Shown here in pieces: positions 20,318-30,807 of a stretch of DNA of 64,000 bases (positions are counted from its first letter, which is position 1; every line of letters begins with the position of its first letter). The notes beneath the pieces are model-generated. The model was given only the letters and a program-made list of their open reading frames with translations. It searched no databases and was not told where the DNA came from. The position numbers and the translations under genes were made by a program. Source of the DNA: Candidatus Omnitrophota bacterium (lineage in GTDB: Bacteria; Omnitrophota; Omnitrophia; Omnitrophales; Aquincolibacteriaceae); NCBI GenBank assembly GCA_043821445.1, contig JBDRCT010000031.1, positions 116,871 through 180,870 of the forward strand, read 5' to 3'.

Positions 20318-21024
20318 ACTCACGGCGTGTGTTGATCATCATTCCTTGTTATAACGAGCAAGTGTCGGTTGCGTTGCTTTTGAAGGAAATTGCAGATTGC
20401 CGGCAAGGCTATGAAACGATCGTTATCGATGACGGTTCGCAAGATGCGACCTATCAAACAGCCCGTCAATTTTCACCTGCCGTGAAATTGCCGAGAAATC
20501 TTGGGATCGGGGGCGCAGTGCAAACGGGGATCAAATATGCTCGCAACCAAGGTTTTGATTTTTGCATTCAGCTGGATGGCGACGCCCAACACGATCCTCA
20601 TGAGATCCCGAAGCTTCTGCAGGCTTATCAGGAAATGCCTCACCCGATCATTATAGGCAGCCGCTATTTACAAAAGGATACATTTCGTTCGACTTGGGTG
20701 CGTAGATTCGGCGGAAAGATCATTGCAAAGGTAATGAGCTTATTATTTCCTGGAGGCACTATTACTGACCCCACAAGCGGTATGCGGTTAATGGATCGAA
20801 ATGCGATCGAATTTTTTTCAAAGCGCTATCCCCATGATTTTCCGGAGCCGATCTCTTTAGCATGGGCGCTCCGGGTGGGGTTTACGGTGGGTGAAGTCCA
20901 AGTCAAAATGCGTATGCGTACGCATGGAAAAAGTTCGATCGTGGGTCTGAAGCCCATAAGCTATATGTTCCGGGTCCTGGGGTATGTTATTCTAGCCCGG
21001 TTTTTGCGCATTTCAGCATTTTAA
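20314..21024 (+). CDS. GT2 family glycosyltransferase (polyprenyl-phosphate sugar synthase-like, ArnC/DPM1-like)
   Basis: VLIIIPCYNEQ...IVIDDGSQD...LDGDAQH motifs. The ATG at 20314 overlaps the rSAM3 stop. The ORF track starts further upstream at 20185. Confidence 0.82.
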   Translation: MNSRRVLIIIPCYNEQVSVALLLKEIADCRQGYETIVIDDGSQDATYQTARQFSPAVKLPRNLGIGGAVQTGIKYARNQGFDFCIQLDGDAQHDPHEIPKLLQAYQEMPHPIIIGSRYLQKDTFRSTWVRRFGGKIIAKVMSLLFPGGTITDPTSGMRLMDRNAIEFFSKRYPHDFPEPISLAWALRVGFTVGEVQVKMRMRTHGKSSIVGLKPISYMFRVLGYVILARFLRISAF

Positions 21025-21039
21025 CAGGAGGTTGTTCCT

Positions 21040-21423
21040 ATGTATGACGTTTCTATCAAAACCATTATTGCTATCACCCTTTTTGCCTGCGGGTATATGT
21101 TTTTTATTATTCGCAAGACAGCCCGAGGCCAACTGGACCTCTATGACCTGATCATGTTGTCCGCAGTGGCCATTATTCCGAGCGCGTTCGCATTGTTCCC
21201 CAAGGTCGGGGTTTTTTTAGCGACCAGTACGGGGGTGCTGTTTCCTTTTGTTGTGTTATTCGGGATCTTGCTTGTGATTCTCTTTATTTTTATACATCGC
21301 CTGACTGTCAAGATCCACCGATTGGAATCGGATAGCCGGTTGCTATTGCAGGAATTAAGTTTGCTCAAGCAAACCGTAGACAACAAACAAAGCCGCATTG
21401 CTCCGGCAGTTTCAGCTCAATAA
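21040..21423 (+). CDS. Small 3-4 TM membrane protein (DUF2304-like partner of GT2)
   Basis: 127 aa, very hydrophobic, with a C-terminal amphipathic tail. Lies immediately downstream of the GT2 gene, a pairing common for polyprenyl-P-sugar synthases. Confidence 0.6.
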   Translation: MYDVSIKTIIAITLFACGYMFFIIRKTARGQLDLYDLIMLSAVAIIPSAFALFPKVGVFLATSTGVLFPFVVLFGILLVILFIFIHRLTVKIHRLESDSRLLLQELSLLKQTVDNKQSRIAPAVSAQ

Positions 21424-21524
21424 ATCCTTTTTTGCGACCAGAGTTCTCAAGATCTCCGTTGCGGAGCATTGACGTGACGAGGGTCGATAGGTGCCGAGGA
21501 GCATCCTTCGGCGTCTCGAACTCT

Positions 21525-23327
21525 TTAATTTCCCCATAAAGGAGCATGTTCCTTTTTCAATTTCAAATACTCAACCAACACCGCCAAAGCTTTTTCTTTA
21601 TCCCCTTTTTCTTTGTACAGCAGCGCTAAAGCATCGTAGCCCTCTTTTGAAGAAGGAGAGACGGCGATCGCCTTCCGAAAACAAGAAATAGCCTCATCCT
21701 CACGCCCTGTTTCGCGGTAAAGTTCCCCAAGCTGGATATAGTAGAAGGGGTATTGAGGATTATCGTGCGTGGCTTTTTCTAATGATTGAATAGCCCTTGA
21801 GATTTTCCCTTCCTTAATAAAAGAGATGGCTTCATTATAAAAAAACAAACCTTGGGATGATTCCTTCGTTGGTTGTTGTAAGAATAAAACTTCCTGTAGA
21901 TACCGTTTGCTCATTTCAGAATTTCCTAAGGCTGAATACGCATTGCTCATGTTCGCCAGGAGCCGCGGGGTTTGCCGACCTGTTTCCAGCGCTTTTTGAT
22001 AATAAAGGAGAGCGGTTTTTTCATCTTTTCGCTCTTTGGAGTAGGCTTCGCCCAGCAGCATGTAAGAACGGTACTTGAAGGGGGATTTTCTGATATTGTC
22101 ACGCCAGAAGACGAACGGATCTTTCCATAATTCATTCCTGGCATAAGTCATTCCGGATAAAACGACTGCGAGGATCAGAATCGCAGCCAGAAAACCCCTT
22201 GAGGATTTCGTAAGCAACCACAAAAAAGATGCAACGAAAAGAGAGAAGCCGAACATCGGGAGGTATAAGCGATGTTCGAAGATGACATCGGGATAGGGGA
22301 TCAGAGAGGACTCAACGCTTAAGGTCAGGAAGAACCATAAGATCCCGAAGGAGAGAAGACGGTATTTTTTAAAAAAGAGGAAACTTAGGACAAGAAGACT
22401 CACAAGTAACGAAAATGCTGCCCACGCGTCAGGATCTCCCCAAGCTGCCGACATACGGTAATCATAATCAAGGCATTGACCTGCTGGAAAAAAAAGAAGC
22501 CGCAAATAGGTCCTCATGACGCGGAATTCGGTCAGGAGGAAATCCCAGCGGGAAATGTGGGTGTTCCATGTGGGCAATAGATTCATGGCGCCGCCGATGC
22601 GAACAAGATTGTCCTTGTAAATGATCCAGGTTAACGGGACGACCAAAAGGAAGGCGGCGAAAGGGAGCCATCGGAGGACCTTTTTTGCGAACGTTTCTTT
22701 TTCGGAAAGCGGGAAAAAAAACCATTCCACAAGCAGGATTGCAAAAGGAAGAGTAAAACCGATCTCTTTAGTGAACATGGCTGCCAGCATGGAAAGAAAG
22801 ACGGCCGGGTAATACCGGGCGTTTTCAATTCGTGCCTTTAAATACATCCAGAGCGTTGCCAGGTAAAAAAGAGTGGCTAATGAGGTCATTCGCTGGACGA
22901 CGTATGTGACGGCCTGGGTCTGGATCGGATGCGTTACGAATAAAAGAGCGGTCCCGAGTGCGAACAGATCCCGGTGCGAGGCGGACAGAGTATCCTTGAG
23001 TGCAGGGGTGCTCAGCAGCAGTCGAGTGGTCCCGAAAACGGTGAGCGATACCAGAAGGTGGATCAGCAAATTGATGAGATGAAAACCCCAAGGCGCTAGG
23101 CCCGTCAAAACATATTGCAGGGCAAAGCTTAGGTTCGCGACAAAACGGGTAGGAAAACTTTCCCAGATCCTTCCCAGGTTGATAGGAGGGCGCAAGGAGA
23201 GATTTTCAACGATACGCATCTGATCGTCAAAATAAAATGGGACATCAAAAGTGTTAGAATAGGCCAGGACCCCGAAAAGCAGGATCAGGAGCAAACAGGT
23301 TCGCGAGGATAACGGTTTTGAATTCAT
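21525..23327 (-). CDS. PMT/TMTC-like (GT-C fold) polytopic membrane glycosyltransferase-like protein with C-terminal TPR repeats, paralog 1 (type A)
   Basis: 600 aa. Its ~11-TM N-terminal domain carries a YFDD motif after TM1. The C-terminal ~200 aa consists of TPR repeats (AYSALGN..., YYQKALE...). Confidence 0.7.
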   Translation of the reverse strand: MNSKPLSSRTCLLLILLFGVLAYSNTFDVPFYFDDQMRIVENLSLRPPINLGRIWESFPTRFVANLSFALQYVLTGLAPWGFHLINLLIHLLVSLTVFGTTRLLLSTPALKDTLSASHRDLFALGTALLFVTHPIQTQAVTYVVQRMTSLATLFYLATLWMYLKARIENARYYPAVFLSMLAAMFTKEIGFTLPFAILLVEWFFFPLSEKETFAKKVLRWLPFAAFLLVVPLTWIIYKDNLVRIGGAMNLLPTWNTHISRWDFLLTEFRVMRTYLRLLFFPAGQCLDYDYRMSAAWGDPDAWAAFSLLVSLLVLSFLFFKKYRLLSFGILWFFLTLSVESSLIPYPDVIFEHRLYLPMFGFSLFVASFLWLLTKSSRGFLAAILILAVVLSGMTYARNELWKDPFVFWRDNIRKSPFKYRSYMLLGEAYSKERKDEKTALLYYQKALETGRQTPRLLANMSNAYSALGNSEMSKRYLQEVLFLQQPTKESSQGLFFYNEAISFIKEGKISRAIQSLEKATHDNPQYPFYYIQLGELYRETGREDEAISCFRKAIAVSPSSKEGYDALALLYKEKGDKEKALAVLVEYLKLKKEHAPLWGN

Positions 23328-23333
23328 AGGGCT

Positions 23334-25124
23334 TTAATTTCCGAACAAGGGTTTGTGCTTCTTCTTGAATTTCAGGTATTCCACCAAGACATCCACAGCT
23401 TTCTGCGGGTCCCCCTTTTCCTTATAAAAAAAAGCCAAAGCGTTATAGCCCTCCTGGGATAAAGGGGCCAGCTCGATGGCTTTCCGGAAAGAAGACACAG
23501 CCTCGTCCTCCTGCTGCATTTTGCGATAGGCCTCGCCGAGTTGGATGTACGTCCAAGGATTCTGAGGGCTTATTTGTATGTCTTTCTTCAGCATCGTTAC
23601 AGCTTCCGCATATTCACCCTTGTTTATCAGAGTGAGCGCCTGGTTATCATAAAAAGAAAGTGTTTTTCTTAACACTGAAAATGATAAAGCTATATTTTTA
23701 AAGTAAACGCTTTTCTCACGATCACCAAGTTGAAAATAAATTTCAGACAGGTTTAAAAAAACCAGGGGAGTGGTAAATCCCAAGTCCAACGCTTTTTGAA
23801 AACAAAATGCCGCGGCTTTGTAATCCTTCACTTCTCTTCTGTAGGCATCACCCAGGCCGGCATAACAAATCCCCTTGTGAGGTGTTTTTTTTACGACGTC
23901 TTGGGCTAGTGAAAGCTTGCTTTTCCACACCTCGTTCCGGGCGTAAGTCATACCTGAAAAAACAACAGTGATAACCAACGAAACAGCGGTGAACCATTTG
24001 ACGGACCTTACTAGTGTCCAAAGAAGCGATGTCAAGAAGAGGACAAATCCGAACGTGGGGAGATAAAGTCGGTGTTCGAATATCAGATCAGGAACAGGGA
24101 TGAAGGAAGATTCGACGCTGAGAGTCAGGAAGAACCATAAAACGCCGAAAGTTAAGAGCCGGTTCTTTTTAAAGCATGCGAGTGACAGAAGCAAAACACT
24201 GAAAAGCAGTGAAAAAGCCACCCACGTATCCGGATCTCCCCAGCCTTTTGAAAGACGATAATCATAGATAAGGCATTGATCGACCGGAAAAAAAAGAAGC
24301 CGCAAGTAGGTCCTTTCGACGCGGAACTGAGTTAAGAAATAATCCCACCGGGAGATATTCTTGGCCATAGATGGAAGGATGTTCATGGATCCACTATCGC
24401 GCGTGAAGATATGAATATTGGTCAGATAAAGTAATGGGATGATCAAAAGAAATGCCGCAAAAGGGAGCCAGCGGATCAATTTTTTGCCGAGAGGATCTTC
24501 GGCCGAGGGCGGAAAGAAGAACAATTCCGAGAGCAGGATCGCGAAGGGGAGGGTGAAGCTGATCTCTTTGGTCAACATGGCTGCCAACATGAGGAGAAAA
24601 ACAACCCGGTAGTAACGGGCGTCCTCCAGCCGTGCCTTAAGGTACATCCAGAGCGTAGCCAAATAAAAAAGGGCCGCCATCGAAGTCAAACGCTGCACAA
24701 TATAAGTGACCGCCTGGGTTTGCACAGGATGCGTTAAAAAAAGAAGTGCGGCGACCACGGCAAACAGATTCTGTTGTGCGGGAGGCACCCAATTTTTCAT
24801 GGCAGGGGTGTTGAGGATCGATAGAGTAAGATTGAACACGACGCACGAAGCAAGGATATGTATTAGCAGATTGACAACGTGAAAGCCCCATGTTGCAAAG
24901 CCCGTCAGGTAAATGTTGAAAGCGAAGCTGAGATTTACAATAAAGCGAAGCGGATGGTAGATCCAGAGTTTTCCGAGATCCAGGGGCTGAAGGGAACGGT
25001 TTTCCAGGATGTTGGGGATATCATCAAATTGAAAAGCTCCGGTCAAACTATTAGAGTAGGCCGCGATCCCGAAGAGCAGGATGAGGAGCAGACAGGTTCG
25101 TGTGGATAACGGTTTTAGATCCAT
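23334..25124 (-). CDS. PMT/TMTC-like GT-C membrane protein with TPR domain, paralog 2 (type B)
   Basis: 596 aa with a QFDD motif. The N-terminal ~230 aa is nearly identical to paralog 4. The C-terminus is a TPR domain. Confidence 0.7.
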   Translation of the reverse strand: MDLKPLSTRTCLLLILLFGIAAYSNSLTGAFQFDDIPNILENRSLQPLDLGKLWIYHPLRFIVNLSFAFNIYLTGFATWGFHVVNLLIHILASCVVFNLTLSILNTPAMKNWVPPAQQNLFAVVAALLFLTHPVQTQAVTYIVQRLTSMAALFYLATLWMYLKARLEDARYYRVVFLLMLAAMLTKEISFTLPFAILLSELFFFPPSAEDPLGKKLIRWLPFAAFLLIIPLLYLTNIHIFTRDSGSMNILPSMAKNISRWDYFLTQFRVERTYLRLLFFPVDQCLIYDYRLSKGWGDPDTWVAFSLLFSVLLLSLACFKKNRLLTFGVLWFFLTLSVESSFIPVPDLIFEHRLYLPTFGFVLFLTSLLWTLVRSVKWFTAVSLVITVVFSGMTYARNEVWKSKLSLAQDVVKKTPHKGICYAGLGDAYRREVKDYKAAAFCFQKALDLGFTTPLVFLNLSEIYFQLGDREKSVYFKNIALSFSVLRKTLSFYDNQALTLINKGEYAEAVTMLKKDIQISPQNPWTYIQLGEAYRKMQQEDEAVSSFRKAIELAPLSQEGYNALAFFYKEKGDPQKAVDVLVEYLKFKKKHKPLFGN

Positions 25125-26872
25125 TACAAGTCCTCAGCGTTTCCGATGAGATCAGACGGATTTGCCTGATTTTTTTGAAGCTCCTGAAGAGTCGCGAGAA
25201 GCTCATGCGCAGGACGTAAAAAAGGATCAAGCGTGATGGCCCTTTCGAGCAGCGAGATCGCCTGCGGATACTCTTTTTTTAGCACATAAATACGAGCCAA
25301 CTCATAATGCGCGATCGAACTTTCGGGCTCCGAGGCGATCGCTGTTTTTAACAAGGAGGCCGCGCTCTCCAGATCTCCCTCTCTCATTTTCAAGACGGCC
25401 AGGTTCGTATAAAGGGTGCCCGACCTTGGATAGGCTTCGAGCCCTTTATGATACCAATACTTCGCTTTAGAAATTTGTCCCGCATTTGCATAGGCCGATC
25501 CCACATTATTGAAATGAATATCATTCCTCTGGCCGGGTGATTTCAAGGATAACGCTTTCAAAAAACTATCAGCTGCCAACAGATATTGATGGTTTTTGTT
25601 GTACGTTTCACCCAGGTGAAAATAGCCGCGGCTTTGCAAAGGAGCTGCCCGGGTTTGATCTTGCCAGAAAAGGAGCTCGTTTGCCCATACGGCGTTGCGC
25701 CGATAAGTGAGCGTCCCCAAAATGAGCGCCAGCGCGATTAAGACAAATCTAAAAAGTCCGGAGGTTTTGATGAATTTCGTGAGGACTGAAGCCGCAAAAA
25801 AACAAAATCCGACCATTGGGAGATAAAGGCGATGTTCAAAGATCACGTCTTTAGCGGGGAAAAAAGAAGACTCGGGGATCAGGGTCAGAAAGAAAAATAA
25901 AATACCAAAAGATAAAAGGCGGTATTTTTTAAAGAGTGCGATAGCGAGCGAGAAAATGCCAAGAAGGAGGAAAAAAGCCGACCATGTATTAAGATCGCCC
26001 CAACCCGTTGAAAGAGGATATTCATAATCGAGGCACTGATCGATCGGAAAGAAAAGAAGCCTCAGATAAGTCCTTATAACGCGGAATTGAGTTAAAAGGT
26101 AATCCCATCGATAAATCTTGTCGTCTAGGGGAGGCAGATTGCCAATAAGATGCTCCGGAAATGTTATAAAAATCAAAGGAATGATCAAAAGACAGGCCGC
26201 AAAAGGGATCCAACGGCGGAGTTTTTTTGAAACGGTTTCAATCGGAGAGAACGGGAAAAAACACACATCGATCAGAAGGATCGTAAAAGGAAGCGTGATG
26301 CTGATCTCCTTCGTGAGCATGGCGAGCAGCATAAAAAGAGAAACAGACCAAAAATAGCGGGTATTTTCAAGGCGTGCTTTAAGATAAAACCAGAGAGTGG
26401 CCAGGTAAAAAAGGGCGGCTAACGAGGTCATGCGTTGAACGACGTATGTGACGGCCTGAGTCTGAATGGGATGTGCTACAAATAAAAAAGCGGTTCCGAG
26501 AGCGAACAGATCTTGGTGCGAAGCGGGGAGAGTGTTCTTGAGTGCGGGCGTCCTTAACAGTGATCGAGCGATCCCGAAAACGGCGAGTGCCGCCAGAAGA
26601 TGGATCAGGAGATTGGTAAGATGAAAACCCCAGGGAGACAGACCCGTTAAAGAATATTGCAGGGCAAAGCTTATGTTTGCGACAAAACGGGTAGGGAAAC
26701 TTTCCCAGATTCTTTCCAAGCTGATAGAGGGGCGCAGGGAGAGATTTCTAATGATTCGATGCTGATCATCAAAATAGAAGGGGGCGTTGAGGGTATTGGA
26801 GTAGATGAGGCACCCCAACAAAAGAAGCAGTGCGACGGACACAGAGAGCGACAAAGATTTTTCTTTTTCCAT
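25124..26872 (-). CDS. PMT/TMTC-like GT-C membrane protein with TPR domain, paralog 3 (type A')
   Basis: 582 aa with a YFDD motif. Closest to paralog 1 (shared ...RIWESFPTRFVAN.SFALQY.LTGL.PWGFHL.NLLIHLL). Confidence 0.7.
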   Translation of the reverse strand: MEKEKSLSLSVSVALLLLLGCLIYSNTLNAPFYFDDQHRIIRNLSLRPSISLERIWESFPTRFVANISFALQYSLTGLSPWGFHLTNLLIHLLAALAVFGIARSLLRTPALKNTLPASHQDLFALGTAFLFVAHPIQTQAVTYVVQRMTSLAALFYLATLWFYLKARLENTRYFWSVSLFMLLAMLTKEISITLPFTILLIDVCFFPFSPIETVSKKLRRWIPFAACLLIIPLIFITFPEHLIGNLPPLDDKIYRWDYLLTQFRVIRTYLRLLFFPIDQCLDYEYPLSTGWGDLNTWSAFFLLLGIFSLAIALFKKYRLLSFGILFFFLTLIPESSFFPAKDVIFEHRLYLPMVGFCFFAASVLTKFIKTSGLFRFVLIALALILGTLTYRRNAVWANELLFWQDQTRAAPLQSRGYFHLGETYNKNHQYLLAADSFLKALSLKSPGQRNDIHFNNVGSAYANAGQISKAKYWYHKGLEAYPRSGTLYTNLAVLKMREGDLESAASLLKTAIASEPESSIAHYELARIYVLKKEYPQAISLLERAITLDPFLRPAHELLATLQELQKNQANPSDLIGNAEDL

Positions 26873-26990
26873 AAAAATTTGATTTCAAACTCAATAATTA
26901 ATATAGAAGGATTATTTCTGATCAGTGTACGGTATTTTTTAATGTCCGCTCGAAGTTTTCCGCCATCTGTTTGCACGATTTTAGAATATC

Positions 26991-28781
26991 TTAATCTCCG
27001 AACAGGGGTTTGTGTTTCTTTTTGTATTTCAGATATTCCACCATGACGGCCACGGCCCTCGGCTCGTCCCCCTTTTTTTTATAAAGAAAAGCCAGGGCGT
27101 TATAGCCCTCCGGGGATAAAGGCGCCAGCTCAATGGCTTTCCGGAAAGAAGACACGGCCTCATCCTCTCGTTGCATTTTAAGATAAGCTTCTCCGAGATG
27201 GAGATAGAACAAAGGATTCTCAGGACTCATCTTTATGTCTTCCTTCAACATCTTGACGGCTCCTGCATAATCGCCCTTTTTGATCAGAGCAAGCGCATGA
27301 TTGTCATAAAAAGAAATATTGTCTTTCAAGGCCGAGGAAGATGAAATTATTTTTTGAAAATAAGCGCTTTTTTCGTATTCACCCAGACGGCCATAGGCGG
27401 CGGCCAAGTTATAAAAAACCCAGGGAGTGACAAAGCCCAAGTCCAATGCTTTTTGATAACAGACCGCCGCGGCCTTATCATCCCTTGCTTCCCTGCTGTA
27501 AGCATCGCCCAGGCCGGCATAAGAGAGCCCCTTGTGAGGATTTTTTCTTACGGCATCTTGGGCCAGCGAAGTGATGGTTTTCCATACTTCATTACGGGCA
27601 TAAGCCATGCTTGAAAAGACAACAGCGATGGCCAGTGAAATAGCGGTAAACCACTTCACGGACCTTAAAAGTATCCAAAGAAGCGATGTCAGGAAGAGGA
27701 CAAATCCGAACATGGGAAGGTAAAGGCGGTGTTCGAATATCAGATCAGGAACAGGGATCAGGGAGGACTCGACACTGAGGGTCAGGAAGAACCATAAAAC
27801 GCCGAACGTTATAAGGCGATTTTTTTTAAAAAAAGCGAGGGATAAAATAAAAACGCTCAAAAGCAATGAAAAAGCCGCCCACGTATCCGGATCTCCCCAA
27901 CCCGTTGAGAGACGATGATCATAAACAAGGCATTGATTGACCGGAAAAAAAAGAAGCCGCAAGTAGGTCCTCTCGACGCGGAACTGAGTCAGGAGATAAT
28001 CCCACCGGGGGGTGCTCTTAGCCATGGATGGGAGAATGTTGATGGATCCATCGATACGCGCGAGAAGATGAGGATATGTCAGATAAAGTAATGGGATGAT
28101 CAAAAGAAATGCCGCAAAAGGGAGCCAGCGGATCAATTTTTTGCCGAGAGGATCTTCGGCCGAGGGCGGAAAGAAGAACAATTCCGAAAGCAGGATCGCG
28201 AAGGGGAGGGTGAAGCTGATCTCTTTGGTCAACATGGCTGCCAACATGAGGAGAAAAACAACCCGGTAGTGACGAGCGTCCTCCAGTCGTGCTTTAAGGT
28301 ACATCCAGAGCGTCGCCAAATAAAAGAGGGCCGCCATCGAAGTCAAACGCTGCACAATATAAGTGACGGCTTGGGTTTGTACGGGATGTGTCGTGAATAG
28401 AAGTGCGGCGACCAAAGCAAACAGATTTTGTTGTGCGGGAGGTACCCAATCTTTCATGGAGGGAGTGCTGAGGACCGATCGGGTAAGATCGAAGACGACG
28501 AGCGAAGTAAGGATATGTATCAGCAGATTGACAACGTGAAAGCCCCATGTTGCAAAGCCCGTCAGGTAAATGTTGAAAGCGAAACTGAGATTTGCAACAA
28601 AGCGAAGAGGATGGTAGAGCCAGAGCTTTCCGAGATTCAGGGGCTGAAGGGAATGGTTTTCCAGGATGTTGGGGATATCATCGAACTGAAAAGCTCCGGT
28701 CAAACTATTAGAGTAGGCCGCGATCCCGAAGAGCAGGATGAGGAGCAGACAGGTTCGTGTGGATAACGGTTTTGAATTCAT
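26991..28781 (-). CDS. PMT/TMTC-like GT-C membrane protein with TPR domain, paralog 4 (type B)
   Basis: 596 aa. DNA identity to paralog 2 is roughly 95% over long stretches by eye (e.g. 28215-28350 vs 24560-24700). Preceded by a conserved sigma70-like promoter element. Confidence 0.7.
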   Translation of the reverse strand: MNSKPLSTRTCLLLILLFGIAAYSNSLTGAFQFDDIPNILENHSLQPLNLGKLWLYHPLRFVANLSFAFNIYLTGFATWGFHVVNLLIHILTSLVVFDLTRSVLSTPSMKDWVPPAQQNLFALVAALLFTTHPVQTQAVTYIVQRLTSMAALFYLATLWMYLKARLEDARHYRVVFLLMLAAMLTKEISFTLPFAILLSELFFFPPSAEDPLGKKLIRWLPFAAFLLIIPLLYLTYPHLLARIDGSINILPSMAKSTPRWDYLLTQFRVERTYLRLLFFPVNQCLVYDHRLSTGWGDPDTWAAFSLLLSVFILSLAFFKKNRLITFGVLWFFLTLSVESSLIPVPDLIFEHRLYLPMFGFVLFLTSLLWILLRSVKWFTAISLAIAVVFSSMAYARNEVWKTITSLAQDAVRKNPHKGLSYAGLGDAYSREARDDKAAAVCYQKALDLGFVTPWVFYNLAAAYGRLGEYEKSAYFQKIISSSSALKDNISFYDNHALALIKKGDYAGAVKMLKEDIKMSPENPLFYLHLGEAYLKMQREDEAVSSFRKAIELAPLSPEGYNALAFLYKKKGDEPRAVAVMVEYLKYKKKHKPLFGD

Positions 28782-28810
28782 AGAGCCTCAAAATTGAGCG
28801 ATCGCGGCGC

Positions 28811-28839
28811 ATTATGTTCGATTTGAAGACAGCGTACAA
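28811..28839 (-). promoter_or_regulatory. Conserved sigma70-like promoter (TTGTAC-N17-CATAAT on the minus strand) upstream of TMTC-like paralog 4
   Basis: The minus-strand sequence reads cggcaaaagacTTGTACgctgtcttcaaatcgaaCATAATgc. The element spans 28809-28850 and starts 27 nt upstream of the start codon. A near-identical element lies upstream of paralog 5. Confidence 0.45.
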
Positions 28840-28946
28840 GTCTTTTGCCGGGGGGATTTTTTAAAAATCGGATGGAGCATTCCGGAAGGTGAAAAGCCGG
28901 GTCGTCATCCACCCTCCGCTATCCGTTCTCCCGGTTTTGAAATACT

Positions 28947-30746
28947 TCAATTTCCAAACAAGGGTTTGTGCTTCTTTTTGAATTTCAGATATTCCACCAT
29001 GACATCCACGGCTTTTTGCCGTTCCCCCTTTTTTTTGTAAAAACGGGCCAGAGCATCGTAGCCTTCTCTGGATAAAGGTGCCAGGTCGATCGCTTTCCGG
29101 AAAGAAGCGATGGCGGCATCTTCTTGCCCCGTTTCGATATAGAGTTCCCCAAGCTGAATGTGAAAAAAATGATCCGGGGGGTTGGCTTTGATAGCTTTCT
29201 TTAAGGAGTCAATGGCCTCCGGTATTTTCTTTTCCTGTTTCAAATAGACCACTTGATTGTAATCAAGGATACCTCGCGCGGAGTAGCCTTCTGACTCCGC
29301 GGAAGCAAGCGCTTGTTTTTGGTAGTAAGCGCTTGCTTTAGAGTTTCCAAGTTGGGAATAAGCCGATGCCATATTGGTGAGAAGTACCGAGGTATAAGAT
29401 CCCGCTCTGAGCGCCTTGTTGAAAAACAGAATGGCGGTTTTAAAGTCTTTCAATTCTCCGGCATAAGCTAAACCCAGGGAACAATAAGGACGCCATTTGC
29501 GGGGGGATTTTTTTGACGCGTCTTCCCACAATGTGAAAGAATTTTGCCATACTTCGTTGCGGACATAGGTCATGCCGGAAAAAACCACAACCACGGACAG
29601 TGAAATGGCAGTAAACCATTGGGTGGACCTTAAAAGTATCCATAGAAGCGATGTCAGGAAGAGAACAAACCCGAACATCGGGAGGTAAAGGCGGTGTTCA
29701 TAGATGACGTCAGCAATAGGGATGATAGAAGATTCGATGCTGAGGGTCAGGAAGAACCATAAAACACCAAAGGTTAAGAGGCGATTTTTTTTAAAAAAGG
29801 CAAGGCTCAGGATGAAGATGCTGAAGAGTAATAAAAACGCGGCCCAAGTATCAGGATCTCCCAAACCCGACGAAATGCGGTAGTCGTAGTCGATGCATTG
29901 GTTCACCGGAAAAAAAAGAAGCCGCAGGTAGGTCCTCCCGACGCGGAACTGAGTCAGAAAATAATCCCATCGGGAGATATTGCCAGCCACGGACGGGAGA
30001 ACGTTCATGGATCCTCCGACGCGCGTGAGAAGAAAACTATTCATAAGAAAAAGCAAGGGGATGATCAAAAGAGATGCCGCGAAAGGGATCCAGCGGATAA
30101 GTTTTTTGCCAAGAGGGTCTTCGGCACAGGGTGGAAAGAAGAACAATTCTGAAAGCAGGATCGCAAAGGGAAGAGTGAAGCTGATCTCTTTGGTCAACAT
30201 GGCAGCAGCGGTGAAGCAGAGAGCAAGACGATAGTGACGGGGATCCCCAAGGCGTGTCTTGAGATACATCCAGAGCGCGGTTAAATAGAAAAGGGTTGCC
30301 ATCGAAGTCGCGCGTTGCACGATATAAGTCACAGCTTCGGTTTGCACGGGATGTGTCGTGAAAAGAAGTGCGGCGACCAGGGCAAACAGATTTTGCTGCG
30401 CGGGAGGCACCCAATTTTTCATGGAAGGGGTGTTGAGGATCGATCGAGTAAGATTGAAGACGATGAACGAAGTAAGGATATGTATCAGTAAATTTAAAAC
30501 ATGAAAGCTCCATGTTGCAAAACCCGCCAGATAAATGTTGAAAGAGAAGCTGAGATTTGTGATGAAGCGGGAGGGATATTCCCGCCAGAGAGTTCCGAGA
30601 TTGAGAGGCCAAAGGGAACGGCCTTCCAAAATGTGCATGCCATCATCAAACTGAAAAGATCCGGTAAAAGTGTTGGCATAGGCCCCGATCCCGAAGAGCA
30701 GGATCAGGAGAAAACAGGTTCGTGTGGATAACGGGTTTGAATTCAT
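28947..30746 (-). CDS. PMT/TMTC-like GT-C membrane protein with TPR domain, paralog 5 (type B')
   Basis: 599 aa with a QFDD motif. The N-terminal half is closely related to paralogs 2 and 4. Confidence 0.7.
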   Translation of the reverse strand: MNSNPLSTRTCFLLILLFGIGAYANTFTGSFQFDDGMHILEGRSLWPLNLGTLWREYPSRFITNLSFSFNIYLAGFATWSFHVLNLLIHILTSFIVFNLTRSILNTPSMKNWVPPAQQNLFALVAALLFTTHPVQTEAVTYIVQRATSMATLFYLTALWMYLKTRLGDPRHYRLALCFTAAAMLTKEISFTLPFAILLSELFFFPPCAEDPLGKKLIRWIPFAASLLIIPLLFLMNSFLLTRVGGSMNVLPSVAGNISRWDYFLTQFRVGRTYLRLLFFPVNQCIDYDYRISSGLGDPDTWAAFLLLFSIFILSLAFFKKNRLLTFGVLWFFLTLSIESSIIPIADVIYEHRLYLPMFGFVLFLTSLLWILLRSTQWFTAISLSVVVVFSGMTYVRNEVWQNSFTLWEDASKKSPRKWRPYCSLGLAYAGELKDFKTAILFFNKALRAGSYTSVLLTNMASAYSQLGNSKASAYYQKQALASAESEGYSARGILDYNQVVYLKQEKKIPEAIDSLKKAIKANPPDHFFHIQLGELYIETGQEDAAIASFRKAIDLAPLSREGYDALARFYKKKGERQKAVDVMVEYLKFKKKHKPLFGN

Positions 30747-30778
30747 TGCAGGCTCTCAGTGTTAAATAATGGTGGTGC

Positions 30779-30807
30779 ATTATGTTCGATTTAAAGACGG
30801 CGCACAA
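30779..30807 (-). promoter_or_regulatory. Second copy of the conserved sigma70-like promoter (TTGTGC-N17-CATAAT) upstream of TMTC-like paralog 5
   Basis: The 42-nt element 30777-30818 is about 38/42 identical to 28809-28850. It sits at the same distance from the start codon. Confidence 0.45.

Noticed and set aside
30037-30612. 191-aa minus ORF and several 60-115-aa ORFs in both strands across 21.5-32.9 kb
   Set aside because: All are embedded in, or antisense to, the six large GT-C/TPR genes. The 30782..31129 + ORF sits over the p5 promoter region and the p6 3' end.
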